Both the position numbers and the translations under genes were made by a program. The notes below the pieces were generated by a model. It had not been told where the DNA came from, searched no databases, and saw nothing but the letters and a program-made list of their open reading frames with translations. This document shows, in pieces, positions 51,101 through 64,000 of a stretch of DNA of 64,000 bases. Each line of letters starts with the position of its first letter. The stretch's first letter is position 1. The stretch is from Tubiluchus corallicola. Its lineage: Eukaryota; Animalia; Priapulida. The stretch is taken from contig JAQGDQ010000141.1 in NCBI GenBank assembly GCA_030141605.1, positions 372,001 to 436,000 on the forward strand, read 5' to 3'.

Positions 51101-54100
51101 CAGGTTCTAGTTTGGCCATGACCACTTGAATTGAACAAACCGTGACATTGAATGCAAGAACCTACCTACTGTGCACTGAATTACATTAAAAAAGAAAAAA
51201 GTTTATTTTTAGCCTAACAATAACAAAATAAAATCTAGACAATATCACATCAAAATGGCAAAATAGCCAAATTCTTCAGAGCAGAAAATAGCACGAAATA
51301 TGCACCAATATAGTACAACCGTTAATTTGTGATAACTGCTTTCAAATTACTGTGGATGCAGCAGTCCGTTGAAATGATATCTTAAAAGAACATAACAATT
51401 CACACCGCTCATCATCCATTTCTAAACTGCTTTCGCTCTCTGATAGGTGGCGACACAAGGCCTCTCGGCGGTCCATTTCCAGCTGTAGCTTTCTCTGTAG
51501 CCTGATGTTTTCCTCGCGAATGTGTCGTTCTTCTTGAGCATAGTGTGCCATCTTGTTTGAATCTGAAAAAGTTTTGACAAAATTGTATTGTATTGTATTG
51601 TATTATTATACAACCAGTTTTTTAACAAGTTATGAAAACAATGTCATGTGACGGAAAATAGATCTGCTATTGCGTAACAGAAAAGGACAATAGTACAGGG
51701 GTGTATCAAGACTTTACGATGCCCCAGGCTGAGAGTTTTGTCCTGCCCATCTCTATTGTGGATTTATGGTTGTTATGTACTCAGCAGATTAAATACTTAC
51801 TTGTGGTGTATTAGAAACACTATTAACCTAATTTCTATGTGGTCATTATAAATTACATGTATTTACATAGTGCTTATGTTTAAGCAAGCTGCGCAACTGT
51901 TTGTTGTATAATACCTTGCACCTGTTCGTTATGTGGTACTTATATAAAAGCTGAGCACAGTAACTGCCTGTAGTATGTTATGAAATGCGTCCTTCACATA
52001 AACTTGAAAGCATACACATTTTCCGAGGAGAATAAGAATTTTTTCTAAAATGTGGCGGCCCTCAAACTTTGGCGCCCTAGGCTATAGTCTAGTTAGCCTA
52101 TTGGTTAATACGCCCTTGCTCACTTCTTTTACGGGCAAATCAGCAACAGCCGGAAACGGGTTTTGACGATACAAGTCAAAACAGTGACGAGAAAAGACTA
52201 CCGGGTGAACGAACCTCACTTTAATACCACTTTTGGCACCATGATTGTTTATAACAGAACAGTAGCTCACTATAAAATTGATTAAAGTTTAAGGAAGGAA
52301 GCACAGAGTCGTGCTATTACTAGCTACTCACATTTGGAAATAGATTAGACTTATAAGTACATTAGACTTACAAGAAAAAAATCAGTCATCTTTAAATGGT
52401 TCTTGGTGGCATTATGATTATCAAGGCTGCTGCAAAGTTTTTTCTTGAATTTGTTGCCAACATATTTGCCTGTATTGTTAAATGTTAATTGATTTTGTAA
52501 CAGTGCTGGTGCCTTTAACATATGGTTAATACATTATACGCATGATCGATTTTGCATAAGACTTCAATTACTTGAATTGTCAGTGTGTGAACAAAATAAA
52601 AACCAAGTCTGTGTGTCACTTGATAATTTTAAAAAAGAAACAGTAGTACGAAGAACAATGAATAGTCCACAATCAAACAATCACAAACACCTTCGCTCTT
52701 CCAAGATGCTAAATGATAAACAATAAATGGTGTGTATCATTGTAAACTCACGTTCAGCCTGTGTGTTCTCCAGCAACTTTCTTAGCCGTAAAATTTCACT
52801 CTTTAAGTGTGTAATGTGGGAAGCAAGGTTTCCAGCAGTATCATCACCCAATATATCCATGGGTGATGGAGGGGTTGATACGGGTTGATCTAGCTTTTCT
52901 TGTAACATTCTGAAAAAAAGTTAACAATGCACTACTGTTATTTCTCAATGACTTCAAGAAGGAGCTAATTAGAGATAATTTCCAAATCAATTTAGTTTGA
53001 TTTTTCAGAAGTAATAACAGGTACGACCGGGTGTGCTATGTTATGTGCAGAACTTGGAGAATAACTCATATCTTTGGCAACCCAGTTAAGAGAAAGTAAA
53101 ATTATGCCAGTAAAAATACGAAGCAGTTTAGCAAATGCTACCTGAAAGACACACAATGGAAAGTACAGAGGAAAAAGAAGGACGGTGATTCCCGTGAATT
53201 ACACGATTACCAAAATCCCAACACATGTCAATCGTACAGTCAGTGTTGCAGTTAAAAAGTAGGAATTGAAAAGTGAAAATAGAATTATAGAAATTAAACA
53301 GAAACTGCTACGAGATGACTGCATGATAAACTGACACTTTCATGTGCTTGTAATCAATAGGCCTATAAAGATATATTAATATTATTTTTCTAATGATCAA
53401 CTAATGACGACCTGTTTTATGTAAAGCCAAGCCACCAAAAACTAAATTCTGCAAACGAACAATATATAAAGGCAGTGTTTCTTAGGACTCTTATAGTCGT
53501 ACACTGCCCTCACACATTTTCTTCTATAAAAATAGTTTCATTAATGGCTACTTTGTATTCTATTGCATGTTTTGAAATAAATACGTTTTATATCTCAATT
53601 CTTATTGTAATCAATGAATTTTGGTTGAAAGCTACAACTTGGACTAAGTAACATACACTATTGACTCGTCGAATATTAGCTTTTGCGTATGTCTGGAATG
53701 GTGTTCGAGTATAAAAGAAACATATCATGTCATTGTCTACACCAACAATAAATACACCAATAGATGCTCTTTTATTTATAAGCTTTTGTTTACACAATCT
53801 TTAACACATTGCATGTCGCTGGTTACATTACTGCTTAAAAGAGTGAAAACAGTGTTGCCTAGTGGCAGCTCGTGTATAGGTACTGTGGAGCAGCAGCACC
53901 TCCAATATTATATTCACTCAATATTATAGATAATATTCACTTAGTAAGTCTTTTTCTTTAGTTCTTTTTTATACTTGTATGGTCCAGAGCGCGTGGGCGT
54001 AGCAATGTTTGCTTCATAACCCAACACAGTGTGCTCAAGCAACATGGCGTTTGACAGTTGTGCACATGTGCACATGTCTGAGATAATACGCTGCACTTTA

Positions 54101-57100
54101 GGTAGAAAGAGCACTGTCGCTAATGCAGTGTGTGTTGTAAGTTGTTCCATATTTAAAAGCCGTGTATCGACATATTTTTGAACTGCGAACAATTTAGGCT
54201 ATTCTTAAACAAACAATATTTTTTGTTAAGTTTATGTATCAAATTCCATACGTTTGTTTGTTTAAAATTACAATTACAAATTGCAACATTAAAATTACAT
54301 AATGTTTGTTTTGTTTTACACAATATTAAAACAATAACTAAAATTTTTTTGAAGCAGCACCCCCAGTAATTTTAGCTACAAACTGCCACTGGTGTTGCCA
54401 CGACGAGTTATTCCTGAATGTCTTAAGCTCACAATATAGCACAACAGCAAAAGGAGTTAAGTGATATTAACTGTCTAGGTGTTCAGTGATTTGATACAAA
54501 CAGCATGGTATGAAACAAATTAGCATTTTGTGCTCGTACCATATGTGCTTGAAAATTGTAGTGAATATTCTGGTTACTACTTCACTTTTCATACTTAATC
54601 CTTAAAACACAATAAAAATTAGAACGTCCAAATGCTTCATTCATTTTGATGACAAAACTACCTTTTTATTTTTAAGCTGCATGTCCGTTCTATAGGTTTT
54701 ACATGTCAAATGTAGACCTACATTAACTCAAATATAGATTTACGTAATTCAAATGTGTTAACAATGGTCTTCAACAAATCTTAAGCGTTTTTTGGTATGT
54801 CAAATGTAGACACATGTCAAGTGAAATGTGACATTGGTATCTCAAATGTGGATAGGTGTTAAAGCTTGAGGATGTTAAATTTAATCTTCTTTAATTTCAA
54901 TGTAATAATTGCTCTTAAGACTGTGAAAATAATAACTTTGTAAGCAAATAATGACAAATAAAATGTAGAATTGGTGTATTAATAATTGTACAGTTGTTAA
55001 CTTATTCATGTACAACACTTTTAGGTGTTCTTGTCAAATAAACATTTTCTTTACATTTGAAAAATGTATTAACGTACAATCAAATAGTTGCAAATTAATT
55101 ACATATAATAAAAATTGATGCTGCCGATAGCACCATGACCATAAAATATAATTTTAATTAGGTTTTTCTTTTTGTAATTTGCACTTAAATGAGTTAATTG
55201 CAGATTTATTCAAAGTACCGCATCTGTATTTGACTTACCCAAGTCATATTTGAGTTAACAAAACACATTCGAAATTGCTATGTCTACATTTGACTTACCT
55301 AAGTCACTTTTGAGTTAGCAAAATACATGTGAAATTCTTATATCCACATTCGACTTACCTATGTCACATTTAAACTTTCCTGTGTCTACATATGACGTGT
55401 AAAACCTATACATACTAACTAATAACAATGTACATTAAATATTTCATGAAAAACATTATTAACAGTATAGCCTTTTGAAATAAAATAAACACTTAAGCTT
55501 TTATCACCTTTTCTCGGCCTCTAGTTTATCCATTCGTTTCCACAAGCGATTAACCAATGCTTCTTGTTCCTGTTCCAGGGTATTTTCCAATTCTATCTTT
55601 TCCCGTCGTAACTTGAAAATGCAAAATTTACAATTTAGTTCCTCGAAATTTCAACATTTATTTTAAAGTTCAAAATACCTCAATAATTTAAATTGTAAAG
55701 AAATATTTTAACAGCGATGAGCATTAAATAATAAACCTTACTGTTTATATAAAAGAACAGTTAGTATTAAGATGAATTTCTTGCAGAAAGAGGTGATGCT
55801 GAAAAACTGTGCATACATCAGGACTTGAAGGCAAGACCAGTGGATTGCTGCTATTCGCTCTAACCATCTGAACTATGAACCAGTGGCGGCTCGTGTATCG
55901 GTACTGTGGAACTGCTGCACCCCCTATTTTCACTCAATATTATCGATAATATTCGACATAATAAGCCTTTTTTCTTTAGTTCTTTCTTTATATTTGTACT
56001 GAACCAAAGCACGTGAGGGTAGTACTGTTTGCTTCACAGCCCAGCACACTGGTGTGTTTGGCTGTTGTACACATGCGGCCATGCGCACATGTCTGTGATA
56101 ACATGCTATACCCTGCACTGCTAGTGTCTGCTGCTAGGTAGAGAAAGTACCGTCGCTCACACAGTTTGTCGTGAGTTTTGCTTAAAAACCATGTACGGGC
56201 ATATTCGTGAACTGCAGCAATTTAGGATATTCAAAAGCAAAAAAAATTTCGTTTAGGATTTTATCGAGTTTACGTATAAATTTTTGCATGTTTGTTTGTC
56301 TAAATTACAAATTACAACATTAAAATTACATAATGTTAGTTTTGTTTTACACAGCATTAGAACAATGGCTAGAAATTTTCAGAAGCACAACCACTACTAA
56401 TTTTAATTACGAGCCGCCACTGCTGTGAACCCACGTGGAGAAAAAAGGCATAAATTATCATTCCTACAGCAGACACAATCAAACAGCAGTACCTACTAAA
56501 AAAGAACTAAAGAACAGTTAGCCGTATGACAAATTTATTATAGAATGACGTGATGCTGAAAAGATGATTCAAATGGGCACATGGCTCAGACGGTTAGAGC
56601 AAGTGGGCACAGCCTACTGGTCTCGGGTTCAATTCCAGGATTAGTCACAATTTCTCAACTACACCTCTTCGTGCGACCAATTGTTCTTTGATACAAATCA
56701 TAAAGTTTATTAATTCTAGGCAATATTTGAGCAAGTTAACTGCAAGATTATTTTTTTAAATGTTAAAACATCTTTACAAGAAGCAATAAAAAACTCAGGG
56801 CCAAAAATTGCAAGTTACCGCAAAAACTGCAAATTGCTGGTAACTAATTATCTAGCAAAAACCTAAATAAAAAAATTTAAATTTTTCGCCGAGTCGCACA
56901 CAGGAAACAAGGCACATAATATAATCACACTAATAGTACAGACCTGTTCTAAATTGCTCTGTTTAGAAAGAATGTCCGTTTCAAGTTTTTCGATCTTCCT
57001 CATTAGTTTGTTGACTTGAAACTCTTGCTCCCTTTCCAGAGTTTCTTCTAACTCCACTTTTTCCTGACGTAACTGAACAAAAGAGACAAGACTTATACGG

Positions 57101-60100
57101 GTGGTATAGCTTAACGGTATGTGCTTGCTTCCCGCCCAGAAGATTGCGGATTCAACTCCCAACTGAGCCATACCAAAGATTTAAAAAATGGTTCACTGAA
57201 GTAACATGGGGGTAATAATGATAAGAAGTCCGCGACTATGTACTAAACGAATTTATTATTGTTATCATTAATAGCCTAGAGTGGAACATTTAACAATCTT
57301 GCCAGACACTTTTTCTATCAAGTTACGTAAATCATTGTGATCCTCAGCAATGGGAGTAATGCATTACAAATGAATTATTATTTTGTAAATCTATTTTCAA
57401 TTCCACACTTAAAATCGTGGAACTGTAACTGTAAGTTTGTAATAAGTTACAGTTTTCAGAAGTTAACTTGTAAATGTAACTAGCTCTTTTTTGTTGTAAC
57501 TTGTAATAGAAATAACAGTTACTTTTACATTTGTCTAGAATGCACACAAGTGCACATAGAAACTCAAATTCTGATGTTAAAATGTAATTAGATCAAATCA
57601 TATAACTAATAAATATGCCTCCTGTGCAAGAATACGTGTTCTCGTAAAGTTATTTACCTGATTTAGTTTCCTGGAAAGATCATTTGTCAAAAATTCTTCT
57701 TCCTGTTCATAATTCATTGCCAGGGTTTCCTTCTCTTTCTTCAGTGCCTCTATTTTCTTAAGTAGTGTGTTACTAATATACTCTTCCTCCTGTTCTGCTT
57801 TAGCTTGCTGAAAAATAAAATCACACATGTAATAAAAACCATAAGCTAGCTACGTCTAAAAATTTAAATTCGAAGCTTACTGTTGTTTCATCGTGCGTCT
57901 TCATCACAAATGTGGTAAGCCAGAAATTAACTGAGTGGTACATCGGCGCCCTATTTTCTGTGTAATGTGGTTTTAAGATACAGCCATTATATCCATGTAA
58001 CACATGTAACAGGGTGCGATGCGAATGTGAAATGTTAAATTTTAGATTATTTTCAGCTACAGTTTACATAGAGTCCTGTTTCCTTTTAAAACTCCAACAT
58101 CAGTGGAATACAATTTTTCAATGTTTTTTGTGCTCTATATTTGATTGAAGTTAAGGGTCTCCACATTAAATGCAACATATCTCACTGGATTGTATTACCA
58201 TATTAGCTCCATTGTCAACTGCTTAGCCGCACTTCATTTTTGTGTTAAAATGAAGCTTGCACTAACTAGGCAATAGCTCGCTGGGCTTAACATCTTTGTC
58301 TGCAAAAGGGCAACCTGCCTAAATGTGAATCATTTAATATCTAATCATATGTATTTCTGCATGTGCAAAAAAGAAAGAAAAAAGCTTTTAATTAGCACCA
58401 CTTAAATGCACAGAAAAAGTGCGACTACATTCACTAAAATCATCATCAAGAAGGTGAACAGGCAGTCATGGACTCACAACCACAATTGATTCCAGCTGAT
58501 TGGTCGTAAGCGACAGCTGATTGATGTTGCGTAGTGCAACTAGCGTGGTGAAAAAATGCCCGGCTTTCAAAGTTTACCAGCTCAAAAAAGTTGTAATGTC
58601 GAATGCTTCTGTGCAGCAGACACAGATGTTGCAGACAAAATGTGTTGCTTGTGAGGCGATATTCTGGCAGTGGCCACTCCACTAAGGTCGTTAGTGATTC
58701 AAAGGTACGAATATGAATTCATGTCTTTAAAAAAAGTCTTCCATGGTGTATGCAAAACCTACAAGATACTTCTTCAGTGAAATTGTGAGGGCTTTGTGCT
58801 AATTAATGTTGAAGTCCATCTGCCACTTTTCTGTACATCCTTCTGGATACTGAAATTTTTTGATGGGTAACAAATAATAAAGTCATCTGTAATAATCGAA
58901 TATTTGAAAAGATTTCATCGTAACGATATTTATGAAAGGAAGAAAAAATGCTGGTCCTAAGACAGAGCCTAAGACGCCCTACTTCCTTGCATACTCATGA
59001 GGTCACATGAATAAATACGGAATGCAATTAACTGATAACAGCACTGAGATAGGAATGAAGCAATCCTATAATAACATATTATCACTGAAGCCACTTAAGC
59101 TTGACAAGCAGCAGATGATGAGCTAACCAGTTGAAGACCAAGGAGCACAATGCCCATTTGGCAAACTCTACCTCTGTGTTTGCCCTTTAAGGCAATGGAC
59201 CAGTTCATGGATAGCTTCTATCAGTTGTGTAAAATAAAAAACGAATTGCAAAAAACTGTCGACAAACAAACCTAGAACACAAGCTTGTCCAAACTTAAGC
59301 CCAAGTTAGCACCTCCACTGATTACATTGCCATTTAGATGAAGTTGGTGATAATCAATAGGTAAAACTTTATAAAAGTCTATTTCATTTTCATTGTTGGA
59401 ACCAGGTAAAAATATTAGGCTCGGGAAATAAACAATGCAGGTAATTACTTGGGTACATGGGTAACAGATGTAAACACTACTGTAAACATCAGCAAAAATG
59501 CTTTTAACACTACGAAAGGCAAAGACATTACAAAATTAACTTTAATAAGCCATATGGCATTGTATACACTATAACTTTTTGAGAGGAGGAGGACAAATTA
59601 GGAGCATTGGCCATCTCCAGTGTCACAAAACTTTGAGGTTCACCAGGCAAATCCATGTACTACAGTTATGTGGTGAATTGCTTAGCAGCCCACACTTAAA
59701 AGAAACAATAGTATTAGTAGGCAATGAAATGGATTACCCACCTGTATACTTCATTAAGAAACCACGCAAAATAAAAAAAAACATACCTTAACAAAAAGTT
59801 ATAATTGTCTAAAAAGAAGGCCTACAGAAAAGATTAGCTCTCAAAAACCAAATTTAACAAAGCTCTTCCTGTTCAGAATGAATAATATTTTATTTTATGA
59901 AATGTATAATCAATATTTAATTTGAAGTTTTTTTAAAGTTTTTGTCTGAAGTTTTAATTATTATCACATTCAGTACAATATAGTGACATGTAACTATTTA
60001 AATTATTTATATTTGATATTTTAATATCACGGAAGCGTTATATGAGCTGGACAACCTGCTACACTGTATGGATATCGGACTAGTGCTACCAACAGACAAT

Positions 60101-60452
60101 TTATGAAACGTGTGGTATTGCACAAAACCTCTAGATTTATAATGCCCATAGACTAACACTAATTCATGTCCACTGAATAAATACTTAAAATTTAAAAAAA
60201 CTAACTTGAATTTTCTAATATAAATATTGTCAAACGTTAACATACGATTGTCACACTAGCTTTGCGCAATGCTCGATTTTCCTCCATTAGAGACTTGCAT
60301 CTCAATTTGTATGTTTCAAGTTCCATTTTCAAAACTCTCTTCTCCTGCTCAAGGGATTCAATACGTTTAAATAATTGTTCTTTAGAAGCAGGAGACGGCA
60401 TTTTTAAGCCATCTATTGAACTAGAATCACTTTCGCTCGCCGAGTCAGCCAT
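48130..60452 (-). CDS. CCDC6: Coiled-coil domain-containing protein 6, about 411 aa. Exons 60452-60246, 57807-57658, 57072-56944, 55611-55508, 52909-52752, 51562-51406, 50659-50553, 49168-49023, 48207-48130
   Basis: MADSASESD start, then [122 protein letters not shown] and [14 protein letters not shown] introns with consistent phases; 1236 nt. Confidence 0.94.
51696..52118. mobile_element. hAT-type MITE, family B copy 2
   Basis: Termini CAGGGGTGTATCAA / TTAATACGCCCTTG; colinear with the reverse complement of 29795-30216; no clear TSD. Confidence 0.8.
53860..54391. mobile_element. hAT-type MITE, family A copy 3
   Basis: TIRs TAGTGGCAGCTCGT / ACAAACTGCCACTG; perfect 8-bp TSD GTGTTGCC. Confidence 0.85.
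54691..55410. mobile_element. MITE with ~27-bp TIRs and TCAAATGTAGAC subterminal repeats
   Basis: TATAGGTTTTACATGTCAAATGTAGAC / GTCTACATATGACGTGTAAAACCTATA. Confidence 0.75.
55881..56422. mobile_element. hAT-type MITE, family A copy 4
   Basis: Perfect 14-bp TIRs CAGTGGCGGCTCGT / ACGAGCCGCCACTG; TSD CTATGAAC / CTGTGAAC. Confidence 0.88.
56575..56646 (+). mobile_element. tRNA-derived SINE head (degenerate)
   Basis: A box TGGCTCAGACGG and B box GGTTCAATTCC at tRNA spacing; no valid cloverleaf. Confidence 0.55.
57098..57272 (+). mobile_element. tRNA-derived SINE with a central-domain fragment and ATT-rich tail
   Basis: A box TAGCTTAACGG and B-box-like GATTCAACTCC, then CATACCAAAGATTTAAAAAATGGT (resembles the Meta/MESC SINE core as I recall it), then an ATTATTGTTATCATT tail. 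Confidence 0.6.
58450..59230 (-). mobile_element. Highly degenerate LINE reverse transcriptase remnant
   Basis: Minus-strand fragments [18 protein letters not shown]-(F)TDD (FADD-like) and KWQMDFNI, with stops and frameshifts. Boundaries are approximate. Confidence 0.65.
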
Positions 60453-60714
60453 TTTGTCAAAACAAGCATTTGACGTCCTGCGAATTACGGCGCTTTGCCG
60501 AAATTGTTGATTGCAGCATTCTTTCATAACTCTCATTATTATATTATTAAACTAACAATGACAATAATTGGAATTAGCCTCGCTGACAAATCGTAATTTA
60601 TCGTGAAAAATGGTTATTTACAGTTTATTACCTAATAGCAAGAGATCCTCAAAGACCGTTTTGCAGTTAAACTTACAAGTTTAGTGAGCACGTTATCTAT
60701 TCCATGCTAAGCTG

Positions 60715-60835
60715 AGTTGTGTACCTCAAAGAACCCTTGAGTAGCCCGTACCGCTTACTTATTTTTATTAATGATATCGCTGATTGTATTTCCCCAGGGA
60801 CTAGCATCCCATTACTTGCTGATGATTTAAAACCA
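60715..60835 (+). mobile_element. LINE RT core remnant
   Basis: VPQ (shifted frame), then LLIFINDIADCISPGTSIPLLADDLK, matching the GVPQG...FLIFIND...LFADD block. Confidence 0.7.
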
Positions 60836-62819
60836 TTTTCCTCATTTGGGACGATCTTGAGAGAGGACCGTCATGATTTCTTTGGATCAGGTATTCTTGG
60901 ATAACGTATTGAGTCCTTGGTTCTCGCAATAATATATGTTTATGGCAAATAAGCTATGTAATTGACCTTGCAGAACTCTGACCAGTCCTTGGTGAAGGCG
61001 TGGTAGCATGCTCCATGTTCCATAGCCACGCAGCTAGGAGAGGCAGAGAGGTGGTCCCCTTGAAAGTTTGGGCAGTGGACATTCAGTTAATAAGACGTTT
61101 GTGCAATGTGTACTGGACAATACATGACAGCTATAGCACATAGTAAGAGAGGACAGGGCAGGACAGGACATACAGGACTGGCCAAGACATGTCTTTCATT
61201 TTATTTGTGCTCAAATATCCATGCATACAAACTTCCCACTGTCAAAATGTCCTGTGTCCAAACATCTCCAAACGTCTTGTATTTGTAACCACCCTTTTGC
61301 CAAAACCTGTGTGCAAATCTAAAGTTACTTGGTATGGTGTCCTTATACATTATTGTCTTCAAAGGTCCTATATCTAAATATCCTTGTGTCTAAAGTAGCC
61401 TTCTGTCCCAGTTTGTTGATGCACAAATACATATCTGAATATAGGTAGAATAGATAGAGACACAAAGGAAACACTGAACAAGATGGACAACCTGGACAAG
61501 ATGGCAGGCAATAACCTATCATTAATTTTAGATAAAGAAGGTTCAACAAAGAAACATATTAAATCACATAATGCCCACATAGTCTCCTGCCCAAAATTGA
61601 CAACCAAATGTCCAATGCCAAAATTGTCCGCTGCTCAAGTATTCACGGTTCGCTTTTCTGCCTTTGCAAGTTCTCGGTTGTCTGCTATTCTCAAAACGGG
61701 ACTCCACACATTACCCATGTGACATCCGGGCATCCGTGACTGTGAACAATTGAACATCATTTTGTATAATTAGGTCAGAAGTTGAAGTTAGTTGACTTCT
61801 GACGATGTAAAAAATAATGGATTTATTTCATATAAGCACTTTATGTGTACATTTGTGAGAAACTAACTGAATAACTGCTATAGAAACTCTTCTTCGTTTT
61901 ATGGGCATTTTCTAAGCTGGCATTTGCTTACGACAGGTATGCTATATGAGCTTCTTTCTGTGAGTGCAGTGCTAAATACTAAAATAGTTCTGAAACTAGG
62001 TTAAATTTGACAACAATTGATGGGGGAAATTAAAAATGATTCAAGCAAGTGCTTTGAAAACCTTATTTAGTCTGAGCGGTGTTAGATTGCAGTTTCGGTG
62101 GTTCTTTTTTAAGGCACTCACATCGCCCAAAGCAGAAATGTTGTTGAAACTGAGTCTATTTAGTCACATACTCAAATTTCACTACATATTTTGTTTGCTC
62201 CATTTTTCTGCACTGCCACTAGTTCTTGCGTTGCATAGTATTTTATCATTACGCTTAATTTGACACGATTGCATATATTTGCTTCATTATATTTTGTTTG
62301 AGTTTATTATACATATTTTGTTTCTTTCACTGATTTATTATATTATGTTTTTTTCGGTTTGACTTTTTTCTAGTTTTTTGTTTTAATCGGTTAGTTAAAT
62401 GCTTTAGATATTTTGTTAATCATCATTTCATAATTTTCATTTTATTTCTTTGTTGCATAACTTACTTATTTATTTCGCTTTCATTTTTAATGTATCCCCC
62501 ATAAATTCATGTTAACAGCAGCACCAAAAATTTTTTACAAATTTTCACTAACCCGAGAAGGGTAGCTGACTCGATGACCAATTGGTCTTTCGCTGCCCTT
62601 TCTCTTGCACCCCCTTAACTCTTTCCTTTATGCTTAATTTATCCTTTTTAATCAATAACTAAAAAAAAATAGTCAATTTGTATACAGGTGTAAATGAGAA
62701 GTTAAATAAAAATGTCTATGTCTATGTCTATGAGTGAAAGCAAGGCTACAATCTCTACCATCTACGCTACTAAAAAAGTACTATCTCTGATAATGAATGA
62801 CTTAACCAATAGGCAATAC

Positions 62820-64000
62820 CCCTGTTCATCTCAAAGGTTTTATGTTCAACTGCAATGGCTGTGTTAATAGACTTAGTGATTTCTTCAATTTCATTAATAA
62901 TTATAAACATGAATTTTTATGCTTATGTGAAACCCAGTTTTCTGAAGATAGATGATAGTGTAATTTGTCCTCAGCATTACTCAATTTTTAGTGCTAATCT
63001 CTGTGTCAGTCACAGCCGAAACTGTTGCTGTTGAACTCAAAACTTCTTCACAAGATAGTCTTAGTGTTGCTTGCATATATAGATCTTGCAATAATAACTG
63101 TACTCATACATTTGGTTATTTTGAAATCAATATACTTGAAGAAATTAAATATGCTATTTCTATCTACTATCAAAATGATGTTATCATTTGCGATGATTTT
63201 AATTTTCCAAAATTAGTGTGGCCTGACCCTGTTCCTCTTAATGATTTTGAGTGTATGTTTATTAATTCTTTACATGATAACCTGCTTGCTCAGTTATTTC
63301 ATTTTCCTACTTGCAAAAACAGTTGCCTAGAATTAGTCTTTACTAACTGTCTTGAATGCATTACGAATTGTTCTCCTTGGCATGGATTTTCAACTATTGA
63401 TCATGACACTAGCATTTGTTTTGATATTGAGTACAAATACCAAAAACTTGTAACTAAACCCTGGCGTGACTTTAATCGTTCTAAATTAATTTTGTTATTA
63501 GTTTTTTTTTTGAAAATATTGACTGGAAAGCTCACTTTCACAATTCTGACATTATTACTTGTTGGAATTACTTTTTGTCTGCATATAGTGAAGCAGTTAA
63601 CCAATTTGTACCCTTAAGAGGAACGTCTGCTTAACAGCGTAAGCTTATATCTTTCCCTTGGCTAAATAATCCCATTGTTACTAAAGCAAGAACTCGCAAA
63701 TGCAAATTATAGTTAAAATGGAACTATTCTAATCTTAACAAGGTTCATGCTGAATATACTCCTGACAGGAATTGAAATCAGCTTTATGTTCTGCTCGCTT
63801 GCAATATGAGGAACGTCTTGCATATTGACTAAGCAAGAGTTTTACTGTTATAGTAAGCATTTCCTTAAACCTCCTAATTATATTACTATTATTAATGATC
63901 ATCAACATGTTATTTCAGATCCTATCACAGTTGCTAATACTATTAATGATTCTTTTGCTTTTTTCTTCACTAATGAACCTGATGATGGTCCCTTACCAAC
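62820..64000 (+). mobile_element. Degenerate LINE (CR1/L2/Jockey-group) ORF2: APE endonuclease and downstream linker, running off the window
   Basis: FNCNG...LCLCET, IYRS, IICDDFNFPKLVW (GDFN motif), PTCKNSCLELVFTN (PTR..LDL), DH, later PWLNN and IANTINDSF..FF; frameshifts and stops. Confidence 0.85.

Noticed and set aside
60453-60536. In-frame upstream ATG extending CCDC6 by 28 aa
   Set aside because: The conserved start is MADSASESD in a good context (AAAATGG); the upstream ATGs are in AT-rich sequence probably 5' of the start site.
62991-63617. 208-aa ORF as a host gene
   Set aside because: It is a decayed LINE endonuclease with altered catalytic motifs and flanking frameshifts.

Overview
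AT-rich, intron-containing eukaryotic DNA from an invertebrate animal (lineage cannot be fixed from the sequence). By following GT-AG splice sites and reading-frame phase by hand I reconstructed six complete conserved genes: ZFAND4 (+, 9 coding exons), adenosine kinase ADK (-, 10 coding exons with two candidate first exons), a cyclophilin A/F-type PPIase (-, 5 exons), TFIIH p8 GTF2H5/TFB5 (+, 3 coding exons), an intronless COQ10 (+) and CCDC6 (-, 9 exons). Introns and spacers hold many non-autonomous DNA transposons (hAT-, pogo/Tigger- and piggyBac-like MITEs, several with readable target-site duplications), tRNA-derived SINE heads, LINE remnants and tandem repeats. The two best signals flank one small head-to-head promoter. 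First, COQ10 starts 21 nt after the GTF2H5 stop, in the same exon and frame, which suggests a bicistronic GTF2H5-COQ10 mRNA. Second, the cyclophilin 5' leader has an in-frame GCCGCC-CUG that would add a 23-residue mitochondrial-presequence-like extension, so one gene may make both cytosolic and mitochondrial cyclophilin. All gene models are manual predictions without transcript data.
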